Shown piece after piece: positions 45,772 to 56,017 of a stretch of 64,000 nucleotides of DNA. The translations under genes were made by a program, and so were the position numbers. Numbering within the stretch: the first letter of the stretch is position 1; each line of letters opens with the position of its first letter. The stretch comes from an uncultured Acidobacteriota bacterium (GTDB lineage: Bacteria > Acidobacteriota > Thermoanaerobaculia > Multivoradales > JAHEKO01): contig CAVQNG010000003.1 of the NCBI GenBank assembly GCA_963713825.1, positions 704,001 through 768,000 on the forward strand, read 5' to 3'. Under the pieces are notes generated by a model that was not told where the DNA came from, did no database searches, and worked only from the letters and a program-made list of their open reading frames with translations.

Positions 45772-47889
45772 ATGAAGCACATCGAAACCGTTCAGTCGCT
45801 CAACCCCATCTTTTCGCCTCGCTCCGTGGCGGTGATCGGAGCCTCGCGAAATCGCAACTCGTTGGGCTTTGCCCTGGTCCACAACCTGGTCTTCAGTCAG
45901 TTCAATGGCGCCATCTTCCCGGTCAATCCCCACGCCAGCAACATCCACTCGCTCAAAGCCTACAAGCGTGTGGGGGATATTCCCGACCCGGTGGACCTGG
46001 CGGTCGTCATGGTGCCCAGATCACTGGTCAGGGGCGTGGTCGAGGAGTGCCTGGAGGCGGGAATCAAGGGCCTGGTGATCATCACCGCCGGCTACTCCGA
46101 GACCGGCGCCGAGGGCCTCGAGCTCGAGCGCGAGCTACGAGCCAGGGTCCGCGAGGCCGGAGCCCGGATGATCGGCCCCAACTGCATGGGGGTCATCAAC
46201 ACCGATCCGGAGGTGCGGCTCGACGCCACCTTCTCACCCACGCCTGCACGCAGGGGCTCGATCGGCTTCGTCAGTCAGTCCGGGGCTCTGGGTGTGGCCA
46301 TTCTCAATGCCGCCGCCGACCTGGGGCTGGGGCTCACCCAGTTCGTCTCGATGGGCAACAAGGCCGATGTCTCCGGCAACGATCTGGTCGAGTTCTGGGA
46401 GGACGACCCCAACACCAAGGTCATCTGCATGTACCTCGAATCGTTCGGCAACCCCCGTCGCTTTCCCCAGATCGCCAAACGGGTCAGCCGCAAGAAGCCC
46501 ATCCTGATCGTGAAGTCGGGACGCACGGCCGAGGGGGCCCGGGCTGCCTCCAGCCACACGGGCGCCATCGCCGGCGCCGATGTGCCCGTATCCGCCTTTC
46601 TCGAGCAGTGCGGGGTCTTGCGTGCCAACACCATCGAGGAGCTCTTCGCCATTGCCAAAGCTCTCGACCGGTGCCCGCTGTCGCCGGGCAATCGGGTCGC
46701 GATTCTGACCAACGCCGGCGGTCCGGCGATCATGGCTACCGACGCCTGCGTCAACCTTGGCCTCGAAATCGCCGCGCTGAGCCAGTCGACGCTCGACGCC
46801 CTGTCGGCCTTCCTGCCGCCCGAGGCCAGTATTGCCAACCCCATCGACATGATCGCTTCCGCGACCCCCGAGGGCTACTCCAAGGCGCTGCACGCCATTC
46901 TCGCCGACGAGCAGGTCGACATGGTGATGGTGATCAACGTCCGCCCGCTGCTCACCAACCCCATCGACGTCATGCAGCAGGTCGGCGAGGCCGTCCATGG
47001 CCAGAGTAAACCGGTCGTCGCCGTGATGATGGCCACCGAGGAGTTCCACGACGAAGTTCGGAAGCGCACCGATCTGCCCCCGGTCTACGAGTTCCCCGAA
47101 TCGGCAGCTCGAGCGCTGGCGCAGCTCTACAAGTACTCGGCCTTCCGACAGCGGCCGGCCGACGAGCCCATCCCGGAGTTCGAAGTCGACGATGCAGCCG
47201 TGGCCGAGATCCTGGCGCAGCAGGGTGAGGGATATCTTCCCGATGGTCTCGCATTCAAGGTACTCGAGCTCTACGGAGTACCGGTCGCCAAGTGGAGGGA
47301 GGTAACGGGCAGTGTCGATGCCTCTGTCGCGGCGGAGGGAATCGGCTATCCGGTGGTGGTCAAAGCCGTCGGACCCGCGCTCGTGCACAAGAGCGACCTG
47401 GGAGCGGTGAAGATCGATCTGCGCAGCTCCAGTGAGTTGGAAAAGGCCATGCAGGAGATCCGTACGACGCTCAAGGAAGCTGGCGTCGAGAATGACGGCT
47501 TCCTGCTGCAAGAACTGGGGCGCGGTGGCCACGAGGTCATCTTCGGCATTACGACCGACCCCCGCTTCGGTCCGCTCCTGATGTTTGGCCTGGGAGGTAA
47601 GTACGTCGAGGTGCTGCGCGATGTCCGTTTCGGTGTTCCCCCTCTGACACCGCAAGAGGCCCGCGAGATGATCCGCGGCATTCAGGGGTTCCCTCTGCTG
47701 GAAGGCGTGCGGGGAGAAACCGGGGCAGACCTCGAGCTCCTCGAGGAGATTCTCCTGCGTATCGCCCAGCTCACGGAGCGCCACCCGACGATCCAGGAAC
47801 TGGACATCAATCCCTTCGTCGCCGCCGCTGACCGGGAGAGCGCCAAGGCTCTCGACGTGCGCATTCGCGTCTCTCCGGCAGATGCCTGA
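45772..47889 (+). CDS. Acetate/acyl-CoA ligase (ADP-forming), fused alpha/beta
   Basis: VAVIGAS, GPNCMG, SQSGA, ASSHTGA (phospho-His), HKSDLG and LDINP motifs. Confidence 0.92.
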   Translation: MKHIETVQSLNPIFSPRSVAVIGASRNRNSLGFALVHNLVFSQFNGAIFPVNPHASNIHSLKAYKRVGDIPDPVDLAVVMVPRSLVRGVVEECLEAGIKGLVIITAGYSETGAEGLELERELRARVREAGARMIGPNCMGVINTDPEVRLDATFSPTPARRGSIGFVSQSGALGVAILNAAADLGLGLTQFVSMGNKADVSGNDLVEFWEDDPNTKVICMYLESFGNPRRFPQIAKRVSRKKPILIVKSGRTAEGARAASSHTGAIAGADVPVSAFLEQCGVLRANTIEELFAIAKALDRCPLSPGNRVAILTNAGGPAIMATDACVNLGLEIAALSQSTLDALSAFLPPEASIANPIDMIASATPEGYSKALHAILADEQVDMVMVINVRPLLTNPIDVMQQVGEAVHGQSKPVVAVMMATEEFHDEVRKRTDLPPVYEFPESAARALAQLYKYSAFRQRPADEPIPEFEVDDAAVAEILAQQGEGYLPDGLAFKVLELYGVPVAKWREVTGSVDASVAAEGIGYPVVVKAVGPALVHKSDLGAVKIDLRSSSELEKAMQEIRTTLKEAGVENDGFLLQELGRGGHEVIFGITTDPRFGPLLMFGLGGKYVEVLRDVRFGVPPLTPQEAREMIRGIQGFPLLEGVRGETGADLELLEEILLRIAQLTERHPTIQELDINPFVAAADRESAKALDVRIRVSPADA

Positions 47890-48198
47890 GCTCCCCGACC
47901 TCGAGACCTATCTGACCGCGCTCTAGGCCCGCACTCTCGGAACGCGACTCGAACGGATACGTCTGACCAGCCCTTTTCTCCGGCGCCTTGGAAAGCGGCT
48001 CGTTTTCGACCTTGACGAGGACCTCTTCTTGGTCCTGCACCTCATGATCGCCGGGCGACTCCGCTGGAAGTCACTCGGTACAGCACCTCCCCAGAAGAGT
48101 GGCTTGGCCTCCTTCTGGCCGACCGGGTGCTGTCGCGGCTACTCGAGCAGGGCTGGCCAAAGAGTCTCGACGAGCTCGAACAGCTGAACAATCGTTGA
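47882..48198 (+). pseudogene. Collapsed Fpg/Nei family DNA glycosylase pseudogene
   Basis: MPELPDLETYLTAL* (TAG 47924), then in frame RRLGKRLVF...LHLMIAGRLRW; C-terminal LADRVLSRLLEQGWPKSLDELE in another frame; only 317 bp remain. Confidence 0.85.
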
Positions 48199-48276
48199 CT
48201 CTTGTGCACCTCGCGAGGTTCTCCCGGCCAAGTGCAGGGGTGGTGCGATTGCTTACCGCGCATTAAGATCTTCCTG

Positions 48277-48534
48277 ATGACAGCATCACCCCGAGGAATG
48301 CTCCCCGCTCTGATTGCCCGCTTCGCCGGTAGCTTGCGCTTTCCCCAACTCTTCCTGTTCACGGGTGCGCTTTTCTTCCTCGATCTAATCATTCCCGACC
48401 TGATTCCCTTCGCCGACGAGGTGCTACTCGGTCTCATCACCTTGCTTTTCGGCATGTGGCGCAAGAACGAACCTCCCTCGGTCGCCACCCCGGGCGACAA
48501 ACCGCCCATGAAGGACGTCACTCCCCAGGACTGA
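48277..48534 (+). CDS. Small membrane protein (DUF6116/YkvA-like)
   Basis: LRFPQLF...DLIIPDLIPFADE motif. Confidence 0.78.
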   Translation: MTASPRGMLPALIARFAGSLRFPQLFLFTGALFFLDLIIPDLIPFADEVLLGLITLLFGMWRKNEPPSVATPGDKPPMKDVTPQD

Positions 48535-48539
48535 CGTCC

Positions 48540-48930
48540 TGGGGTTGAGGCGCCGTCGTACCTCCGGCTGGTCTTTGAGGGCTTGGAGGTTAGACCGGCC
48601 GGCACTTCATGCCGGCCGGCCTTTGGGGGCTTGGGACCCGGGTCTTGAGCAGGGAACCGATATCTCGTAGAGGTTCGTTCGGGTGGTTCGAAAGGGGTGC
48701 CACGTCGAGCGCAGCGCCAGGGCCATCAGAAAAGCGGTGACAGGCACCTCATTCCACAACGCCATGGGAGCGCTCTCCGTCGAGCGCAGCGCCAGGGCCA
48801 TCAGTAAATGACCGGTGCGGGCGGGAGGGGGCCCACTGCACAAAGGTCAGCCTGAGGCACGAGGGTCTGGTTCATCCCCCAAGCCCTCAAAGACCGGTCG
48901 GGCATAGCCCGGACCGCCTCAGCCCTCAAG
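48540..48930 (+). repeat. Modular palindromic intergenic element, copy 2
   Basis: Two tandem GGTTGAGG...CTTTGAGGGCTTGG units on the left and one inverted unit at 48878-48925; core module 48671-48690; perfect 27-bp direct repeat at 48703-48729 and 48778-48804. Confidence 0.85.
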
Positions 48931-48943
48931 CCCTGGGTCCTTG

Positions 48944-50518
48944 TCAGGCGGTTCGCAAGAACTGCCAAGGCAAGGGACCCTGGGGCGACCGAAAGACGAG
49001 CGGGTCGATCTGGGTCCGGAACTCGCGCAGCAGGTTCGCGGTCGTCGCTCCCTGGGCTGCCTTCTCGAGAGCCGCAGCCGCCGTATGGTCCGCCTTGCTC
49101 AGGAAAGCCTGCCAAATCGCCTGTCGCACCGACATGGTCCCGAGGCTGACGTTGTCGAGAGTAGCTACACCACGATTCAGCAGCGAGATCTTCTGTTTCA
49201 GGGAATCCCGAGATTCCATGTTCTCCCGTTGGTACCCCGTGTAGGGCTTCGGGATCAGGATATTGACTCCCAGGTGAATCTGGCCGATGACGCCGGTCGG
49301 AGCGAGCTCTTCGAGCATGATGGCGCGACACTGTGCCGCCACATCGAGAATCGCCCGTACATCTTCATCGGTCTCCTCGGGCAGGCCGATGATGAAGTAG
49401 AGCTTCAGCCCTGTGAAACCTTGACGGAAGATCAATCGCACCTTGTCGAAGAGCACCGCGTTGGGGATCGGCTTGTTCAGCTTGACTCTCAACTCGTCGC
49501 TGCCGGTCTCTGGAGCCAGGGTGATGGAGCGGCCTCCCGAAGCGTGCAGTGCCTCGAGGACCCCAGGGGTAACGGCCGGGATTCGGACCGAAGAGACCGC
49601 ACTGCGAAATCCCATCTCCCCGGCCTGGCGCAGGATGCGCTCGATCCCGGGATGATCCCCCACCGCCGTGGCGACGAAGCCAAGCTGGTCGGTAACTGGC
49701 CGAGCCCTCTCCAAAGAGCCTAGGATCGCCTCCGTCGGGTGCCATCGGAAGCGACCCATTCCAAAGGTCGCCCAGCAGTAGCGGCACTTCTCGGGACAGC
49801 CTCGCGACATCTCGATCAGAAACTTGTTGCTGAACTCGGTCGCCGGCGTGACGATGGCAGTCGTCGGCAGGTTGCCGGGTAACCGCATCTGCTCTTCGGA
49901 CAGCTCCAGCTTCTTGAGCTTGGTTACGGGTACCTCGCCTACTGGAAATGCAGCCGGAACATAGAATCCGTCGGCGCTCGACAATCTCTCCAGAACCGCA
50001 TCACGGGCCGGCTCCTCGGCCAGTGCCGGTAGAAGCGCCGGCAGCAGGTTCTCCGCCGCACCCAGCGCAAAGACGTCGACGAACTGGCTCAACGTCAGGG
50101 GATTGATCATGGCGCAGGAGCCACCGACAACGATGACAGGGTCTCCCGGCCCTCGGTCCTGCCGGCGCAAGGCGATGCCAGCCCGACCCAGCATCTGCAG
50201 CAGATGGACGTAGTCCTCTTCGAAGGAGATGGAGAAGGCGATGGTTCCAAAGCTGTTGAGCGGGGTGGCTGCTTCCACCGACAGAGGCATCCCGGTGCCG
50301 TCGGCAAAGAAGCGCTCACAGCTCCACTCGGGGGTCCTGTGGATGAGCTCGAAGACCCGCTGAAAGGCGAGGCTCGACATACCGATGTGGTAGCTGTTGG
50401 CGTAGGCCAGCGCCATTGTGTAGCGGCTGTGGTGCGAGACTGGCAGTACCGGTCGCTCCAGACTGCGGGTCTCAGCCCAGTACCGCCGGGAGCCAGGATC
50501 TGGGGTTTTGCCCTTCAT
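48944..50518 (-). CDS. Radical SAM protein with N-terminal B12-binding-like region
   Basis: SRGCPEKCRYC, TLAPETGS and LYFIIGLP motifs; YANSYHIGMSSL. Confidence 0.88.
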   Translation of the reverse strand: MKGKTPDPGSRRYWAETRSLERPVLPVSHHSRYTMALAYANSYHIGMSSLAFQRVFELIHRTPEWSCERFFADGTGMPLSVEAATPLNSFGTIAFSISFEEDYVHLLQMLGRAGIALRRQDRGPGDPVIVVGGSCAMINPLTLSQFVDVFALGAAENLLPALLPALAEEPARDAVLERLSSADGFYVPAAFPVGEVPVTKLKKLELSEEQMRLPGNLPTTAIVTPATEFSNKFLIEMSRGCPEKCRYCWATFGMGRFRWHPTEAILGSLERARPVTDQLGFVATAVGDHPGIERILRQAGEMGFRSAVSSVRIPAVTPGVLEALHASGGRSITLAPETGSDELRVKLNKPIPNAVLFDKVRLIFRQGFTGLKLYFIIGLPEETDEDVRAILDVAAQCRAIMLEELAPTGVIGQIHLGVNILIPKPYTGYQRENMESRDSLKQKISLLNRGVATLDNVSLGTMSVRQAIWQAFLSKADHTAAAALEKAAQGATTANLLREFRTQIDPLVFRSPQGPLPWQFLRTA

Positions 50519-50654
50519 GACTTCACCTGGGGCATCTTCCTGTCGAAGACGATCAGGGAAGGGGCCGTGCGGCTCGAAGGAGCATGGTCGGGTGAGGCCG
50601 CAGAGGCGGAAGGCCCCTTTCTCGATCGGTTCACGAGTCGGGTACGACGACAGG

Positions 50655-51830
50655 TTATCGCAGGTAGATCCTGGGGACCCGGCTCGTGATGGTCGAGACG
50701 ACCTCGTAGTTGATGGTGTCGAGCGTTGTTGCCATCTCGTCCGCGGTGAGCACCTCGTCGCCTTGCCGGCCGAGGATCACCACCTCATCGCCTTCGGTTG
50801 CCCCGGGGACCTCTCCCACGTCGAGCAGGGTCAGGTCCATACAGATCCTGCCGACGATGGGAACCCGCTGGCCCTTGACGAGCATCTCGCCGCGGCAGGA
50901 CAGGCCTCGGTTCAGGCCATCCGCATAGCCCACTGCTACGGTGGCAAGGCGCGTGGGCCGGGGTGTCTCGTAGGTGATGCCATAGCTGACGCCGAAACCG
51001 GCTGGCACCTCCTTGAGCTGGATGATGCGGGCCTTCCACTCCATGACCGGTTTCAACTCGACACGGCTTTGATCGACCTCTGCCGATGGATAGAGCCCGT
51101 AGGTGGCGATTCCGGGTCTGACCATGTCCAGATGAGAGTCCGGCATGTCCAGGAGTGCTGCGCTGTTCGCAGCATGGCTCAACGAAAACTCGATACCCTC
51201 CTGCTTCAGGCGGCCCACCAACTCCTGGAAGCGCTTCAGCTGTCGGTTGGCATAGGTCTTGTCCGAACGGTCAGCAGTGGCGAAGTGCGTAAAGAGCCCC
51301 TCGGCCTCGAGACCGGGCAGACCAGTCACGCCTACGACTTCGCTGTACCGGTGGTGCGCAGCGCTGTCGGTTGCCTCTTCAACCCTTGGCTCATCCGTCA
51401 ACAAGCCGAGTCGGCCCATCCCGGTATCGACCTTGATGTGGACCCGGACTCGCTTGCCTCTCGAAGAGGCCTCCGCTGCCAGGGCCTCGGCCGTTTCCCG
51501 CGTGAAGACGGCCTGAGTCAAGTCGAGGTCCAGAAGGGTGTCGATCTCTTCGGCTGGCGTCAGTCCGAAGATCAGGATGGGGGCTTCAATCCCCGCCTCG
51601 CGAAGCTCGACGGCCTCATGAAGACGTGCCACACCAAGCCAATCCGCGCCAGCCTCGAGAGCCCCTTGCGACACGGCAATCGCACCGTGCCCATACCCGT
51701 TGGCCTTGACCACGGCCATGAACCTAGAATCCGGACGCGTGGCCCGGCGTAGCTCGGCGATGTTGTGGCGGTAGGCGGCGAGATCGATCTCGGCCCACGT
51801 CAGCGCTTCGGACAGGATCTCTTCTCCCAA
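50655..51830 (-). CDS. alr: Alanine racemase
   Basis: AVVKANGYGHG, KVDTGMGRLG, VSYG, GYADG, GRICMD and TINYE motifs. Confidence 0.95.
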   Translation of the reverse strand: MGEEILSEALTWAEIDLAAYRHNIAELRRATRPDSRFMAVVKANGYGHGAIAVSQGALEAGADWLGVARLHEAVELREAGIEAPILIFGLTPAEEIDTLLDLDLTQAVFTRETAEALAAEASSRGKRVRVHIKVDTGMGRLGLLTDEPRVEEATDSAAHHRYSEVVGVTGLPGLEAEGLFTHFATADRSDKTYANRQLKRFQELVGRLKQEGIEFSLSHAANSAALLDMPDSHLDMVRPGIATYGLYPSAEVDQSRVELKPVMEWKARIIQLKEVPAGFGVSYGITYETPRPTRLATVAVGYADGLNRGLSCRGEMLVKGQRVPIVGRICMDLTLLDVGEVPGATEGDEVVILGRQGDEVLTADEMATTLDTINYEVVSTITSRVPRIYLR

Positions 51831-51868
51831 GAAAATCGGCTCCCCCGGGATTATCCCCGGAGGAGCCG
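51829..51868 (-). terminator. Intrinsic terminator after the TonB receptor gene
   Basis: 13-bp stem at 51837-51868 (one G-U pair on the minus strand) followed by AUUUUCUU. Confidence 0.7.
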
Positions 51869-51896
51869 GAAGAGTGAAACAAGTGTACTCAGCTAA

Positions 51897-54785
51897 CTAG
51901 AACTCGAACCCGACAGCCAGCTGCAGTCGGCGTGGATTGAAGAAATCTCTCGGCTCGCCGAACCTGGCACTGTTGACCTTGTTCTGGATGTTGTACCCGG
52001 TCTGGTTGTCGAAGAGGTTGAAGAGATCGGCGGTCAGCCTGATGCGGTATCGACTGCCGAAGTTGAAGAACTGGGTGTAGTTCAAGTCCAGCTGGTAATG
52101 CTCGTCGGTGCGGCGAGACCCGGCTGGCTCGGCGTAACGACTGGTGTCGCTGGTGCTGCCGGTGTACTGCGATGCGATGGCCCGGTAGTCCCAGGCCTCC
52201 CAGGGCTGTCCGTCCTGATAGACAAAGAATCCACCAGTGGTCGCATTCCAGGGCAGGTTGTAGTAACCGAAGACCTTGAACTGGTTGCGCCGATCGCCAC
52301 GCAGGTAGCCATAGCGGTTGTTCCAGAGCTGGCGCCCGGCCCAGTCGGCGATGAAGGACGAGCCGACGAAGATGTTCCCATCGTTCGAGGTCGTCGTGTT
52401 GTCCTGGTCGAAGTTGCCGTAGTACTGACTCCAGGTATACCCCGCTTGCGCGTACCACTTGGCGCTGCGGTACTCGGCCTCGAGGGCGACCTCGTAGTAG
52501 TCGGTAAAGGCATCGTCCAACTGCGCGATGACGTAGGACGAGCCACCGATCTCATCCCGGATGTCATCCAGGTAGGGGATGTAGAGCTCCCGGGGGATGC
52601 CCGCCGGCGGTTCGAGGATGACCCTGTCATCGTTGGCGGTGTCCTCCCAGAAGTTCTTCCCCTTGCGGTAGCGGAAGTGGCTGCGGGCGACCATTCGGCT
52701 CGAGACCTGCCGATCGTAGCCGACCAAGAACTCGTCGATGTAGCGGGGATCCAAGTCGTCGTCGAACCACTTACCCGAAGAGGATCGTACCGGGTCGGTC
52801 GCCAGATAGTCGCCGTTCGCATCGAACTGGATGTCGATCTGGCGTTGCAGGTTGCGATCCCACGAAGCGGCTCTGGGCAGTGAGCTGGCAGCCGGGTTGT
52901 AGCGCGCGTAGCTGGCATAGGCCTTGTCCCTGCCATTCCAGCTCCAGGTGGCACCCAGACGGGGCTGGATCATCTCGCCGAAGCCGATCTTGTACATCTC
53001 GTACTCGTTGCCCGGCGCGTTCTCGAACCCGGAGACACCCTGGCCCGTGTAGCTCAGACCCGAACCGAAATAGGTGTCCTCGGAAAAGAGGAAACCCACA
53101 TTGAAAGTCCAGTTCTTCATCGTGAAGGTATCGTTGATCTCGATGCCCTGGGACTCCATCGAGGAGACGATCTTGGGTACCGACTCCGCCAGGCTCTGTT
53201 GCCAGACGCGGGCCTCGTAGAAGACCGGAGTGCCGTCGGGGAGCTCATCTCGTCCGCCCGTGAATTCAATCTCACCCCAGCCGTTGGAGACTCGTAGCAG
53301 TTCTTCCGAGACGTCGTACATTTGATAGCCGATATGTAGCTGATGCCGGCTTAGAAGGTAGTCGTAGCCGATCGAGAAATCGGTACGGAAGAAATCGATG
53401 CCGTCGATGGTCCCGTCGACGCCGACTTGACCACCACCCCGCGGGACTCCGTCCTCGTTGTAACCGTACTGCTGGATGATCGGTGCGGCCAACAGATTGA
53501 AGGCGGGATCGCCGTCGAGGAAGTTGGGAACGTAGAACTGACCCTGGGTATCCAGGGCCGAGACGTTGATACTCCTGCCTGGACCGATGTCGAGGTTCAG
53601 GAGATTGTCGGGCGTCGTCGAGCCCTTGTTCGCCCAATCGGTGAACTTGAAATTGAGCGAGCTCCTGTCGTTGATGAGCCAGGTCCCTTCGATATAGCCA
53701 GTTTCCTGTGTCGAATCGTCGCCTACCGAGGTGGTCCCTGCACAGGTGTCACAGACACTCTGGCCCTGGGCGTCGGTCTCCGCATCCCTGTAGCTGCCGG
53801 AGAAGAGTAGGCTGGAAGTCGGCGTGAAGGTCAACTTGCCGAAAAACTCGTCCCTGACACTTTCCTCGCCTGGGACTTGGCCATAGAGGTTGACGCGATT
53901 GCTCTGTTCCACCGTCGGCCGATAGTACGAGCCGTAGAAGAAGATCTTGTCCTTCCACAGGGGGCCACCGATGCCGAGCGTCAGCCAATCCTTGTCCTCA
54001 TCGAAAGTCTCGTCAGACTCCTCGGTGACATCGCTGGTCATGTTGGCACCCTGGTATTGGTAGTTCACCAGGCCGCGCCAGGCGTTGGTGCCGGAGCGGG
54101 TGACCGAGTTGACGGTCAAGCCACCCGAGCGGTTGAAATCCACGGCTTTGACGCCGCCGCGGATGAAGGAGACCTGCTCGATGTCGTAGGCGGCCGGCTC
54201 CGTGGTCAGCGAACCGAACAGTGGCAAACCAACATCGACGCCATCGATCTTGTAGACGTTGTCCTGCCCGCTACCGCCGGCGCTGGGTCCACGGATGGTG
54301 TCCTCGGTGTACTGGACGCCCGGGGCCAACTTCAGGAAGTCCCGATACTCCTGGCCCACCGGCAGGGCATCGATGGTCTGGTCAGAGATAGCAGACTGAA
54401 TCGTCGGCGTGGTGAGGTCCAGGCTCTCGGTTGCCGCCACCACTTCGATGACATCTTCGACCGAGGCAGAGGTCATCGTGACGTTGACCACGGTGTTCTT
54501 CTCCAGGAGCACCTCCAGGGAGTACTTCTGGGTGGCCATGCCATCCATTTCGAACGTTAGCTCGTAGTTGCCAGGGGGGAGAAATGGGAATCGATAGAGA
54601 CCTGTTCCCTCGCTGACAACGATACGCGGCTGCGGCAAGACATCGCCGCTCGCGGTGACGGTGACACCCGGCAAGTCCGTGCCGTCGTCCATGGTGATGG
54701 TTCCGGATACGGTACCGGTCTCCTGGGCGAAGGCCGGGACGCAGAGTACCCCGACAGCCAGGAGAATGAATAGATAACGTCTCAT
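51897..54785 (-). CDS. TonB-dependent receptor (Oar-like, N-terminal carboxypeptidase-regulatory-like domain)
   Basis: Signal peptide, LPGVTVT, LPPGNY, plug region APGV, C-terminal PRRLQLAVGFEF; RBS before ATG at 54785. Confidence 0.92.
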   Translation of the reverse strand: MRRYLFILLAVGVLCVPAFAQETGTVSGTITMDDGTDLPGVTVTASGDVLPQPRIVVSEGTGLYRFPFLPPGNYELTFEMDGMATQKYSLEVLLEKNTVVNVTMTSASVEDVIEVVAATESLDLTTPTIQSAISDQTIDALPVGQEYRDFLKLAPGVQYTEDTIRGPSAGGSGQDNVYKIDGVDVGLPLFGSLTTEPAAYDIEQVSFIRGGVKAVDFNRSGGLTVNSVTRSGTNAWRGLVNYQYQGANMTSDVTEESDETFDEDKDWLTLGIGGPLWKDKIFFYGSYYRPTVEQSNRVNLYGQVPGEESVRDEFFGKLTFTPTSSLLFSGSYRDAETDAQGQSVCDTCAGTTSVGDDSTQETGYIEGTWLINDRSSLNFKFTDWANKGSTTPDNLLNLDIGPGRSINVSALDTQGQFYVPNFLDGDPAFNLLAAPIIQQYGYNEDGVPRGGGQVGVDGTIDGIDFFRTDFSIGYDYLLSRHQLHIGYQMYDVSEELLRVSNGWGEIEFTGGRDELPDGTPVFYEARVWQQSLAESVPKIVSSMESQGIEINDTFTMKNWTFNVGFLFSEDTYFGSGLSYTGQGVSGFENAPGNEYEMYKIGFGEMIQPRLGATWSWNGRDKAYASYARYNPAASSLPRAASWDRNLQRQIDIQFDANGDYLATDPVRSSSGKWFDDDLDPRYIDEFLVGYDRQVSSRMVARSHFRYRKGKNFWEDTANDDRVILEPPAGIPRELYIPYLDDIRDEIGGSSYVIAQLDDAFTDYYEVALEAEYRSAKWYAQAGYTWSQYYGNFDQDNTTTSNDGNIFVGSSFIADWAGRQLWNNRYGYLRGDRRNQFKVFGYYNLPWNATTGGFFVYQDGQPWEAWDYRAIASQYTGSTSDTSRYAEPAGSRRTDEHYQLDLNYTQFFNFGSRYRIRLTADLFNLFDNQTGYNIQNKVNSARFGEPRDFFNPRRLQLAVGFEF

Positions 54786-54915
54786 CTTGTTCCCCCTTCT
54801 TGGGTTGGTGAGGGCCTTGAAGTCGGCAAGACTGCGAATCGTCATACGACCAGATCTCATCTGATTCCAGGGGTCGGCCGGCGCGAGGACGGCCCCGAAT
54901 TGTGCAAGCATTTTC

Positions 54916-54944
54916 AACTTAGCATACGGAATTTCCACTTGCAA
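54916..54944 (-). promoter_or_regulatory. Putative sigma70 promoter of the TonB receptor in an AT-rich patch
   Basis: TTGCAA-17 nt-TAAGTT with a TGn extension on the minus strand. Confidence 0.45.
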
Positions 54945-55889
54945 TTATTGACTTCTCTCCAAATTTCTAAAGTTCGTCAGAGCTTTTCGAACATGGCCAC
55001 GGGCGGCGCTGAGGCGCTTTCGCGCCTCGTCAGACGAGATCCGGCAGCGCGCCATGACAATGGCGGTCTTGACCTCTCCATCTGCCGCGCGAATCAGGCG
55101 ATCAGCCTCCTGGCGCGAAACCTGTCCTGCACTCTCTACGATACGCACGGCTCGGTCCTGGAGTTTCGCGGAGCCCGGACGTAGATCCACCATCAGGTTC
55201 TCGTAGGCCTTGCCCGCGCGCACCATGGCCGCCGTGGTGATGGCATTGAGAACCGCCTTGGTGGCCGATCCCGCCTTGAGCCGGGTGGAACCGGTGAGAA
55301 TCTCCGGTCCGGTCTCGAGGGCGATGACCAGGTCGGCCTGGTCTTCCAGGCCTTCTGCGGCGGCGCATGTGACGAGAATCGTCCGCGCTCCCTGCTGCCG
55401 AGCTTGCGCCAGTGCACCGCGAGCGTACGGCGTCACCGAGCTCGCCGACAGGCCCACCAGGAGGTCGCCCGGGCCCAGATCGTCGACCGCAGTCTGGCCG
55501 TCGTCGAAGCGATCTTCCGCTCCTTCCTGGGCTCTGAAGACCGCCATCTGTCCACCTGCCATGATGGCGCGAATTCTCTCGGGATCGGTACCGAAGGTCG
55601 GCGGGCACTCCGCCGCCTCCAGGATGCCCAGCCGGCCACTTGTGCCTGCGCCGGCGAAGACCAGGTCGCCTCCAGCCTCCAGAGCCTCGGCAACCCAATC
55701 GGCTGCCTGGGCAATCTTTTCGCACTGCACCAGGGCCGCCTCGATCCCCGTGCGGTCCTCCTCGAGCAGGAGCAAGACGACTTCCTGACTCGACAGGGTG
55801 TCGAGCTCGGTGCTCTTGGGGTGACGACCCTCCGTCAGGAGAGTCTGCCAACTGTCGTGTGCGAGGCTCGGATCGGTAGGGTCGGTCAC
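54945..55889 (-). CDS. murQ: N-acetylmuramic acid 6-phosphate etherase
   Basis: LLTE, GAGTSGRLG..AAECPPTFG, EGAED, TGPEILTGSTRLKAG and NLMVD motifs. Confidence 0.95.
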   Translation of the reverse strand: MTDPTDPSLAHDSWQTLLTEGRHPKSTELDTLSSQEVVLLLLEEDRTGIEAALVQCEKIAQAADWVAEALEAGGDLVFAGAGTSGRLGILEAAECPPTFGTDPERIRAIMAGGQMAVFRAQEGAEDRFDDGQTAVDDLGPGDLLVGLSASSVTPYARGALAQARQQGARTILVTCAAAEGLEDQADLVIALETGPEILTGSTRLKAGSATKAVLNAITTAAMVRAGKAYENLMVDLRPGSAKLQDRAVRIVESAGQVSRQEADRLIRAADGEVKTAIVMARCRISSDEARKRLSAARGHVRKALTNFRNLERSQ

Positions 55890-56017
55890 GATTGCCTACC
55901 CGAGTAGAGACGCTTCGTAAGCATTGGGATATTGTTCCGGAACGACGTCGGGCGGGCAAGCGACGTTGCCCTCTCGGGTTGACGCAATCACCTCTCGAGC
56001 CGGCTCACCAACCCATC

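Noticed and set aside
48703-48804. 27-bp direct repeat pair with a 48-bp spacer, resembling a mini-CRISPR
   Set aside because: Only two units, no cas genes or leader, and the unit is module D of the dispersed repeat family (also near 31563 and 62520).
50555-50622. Imperfect nested inverted repeat between alr and the radical SAM gene
   Set aside because: Short GC-rich arms, single copy and no U-tract; cannot be distinguished from chance or a simple stabilising hairpin.
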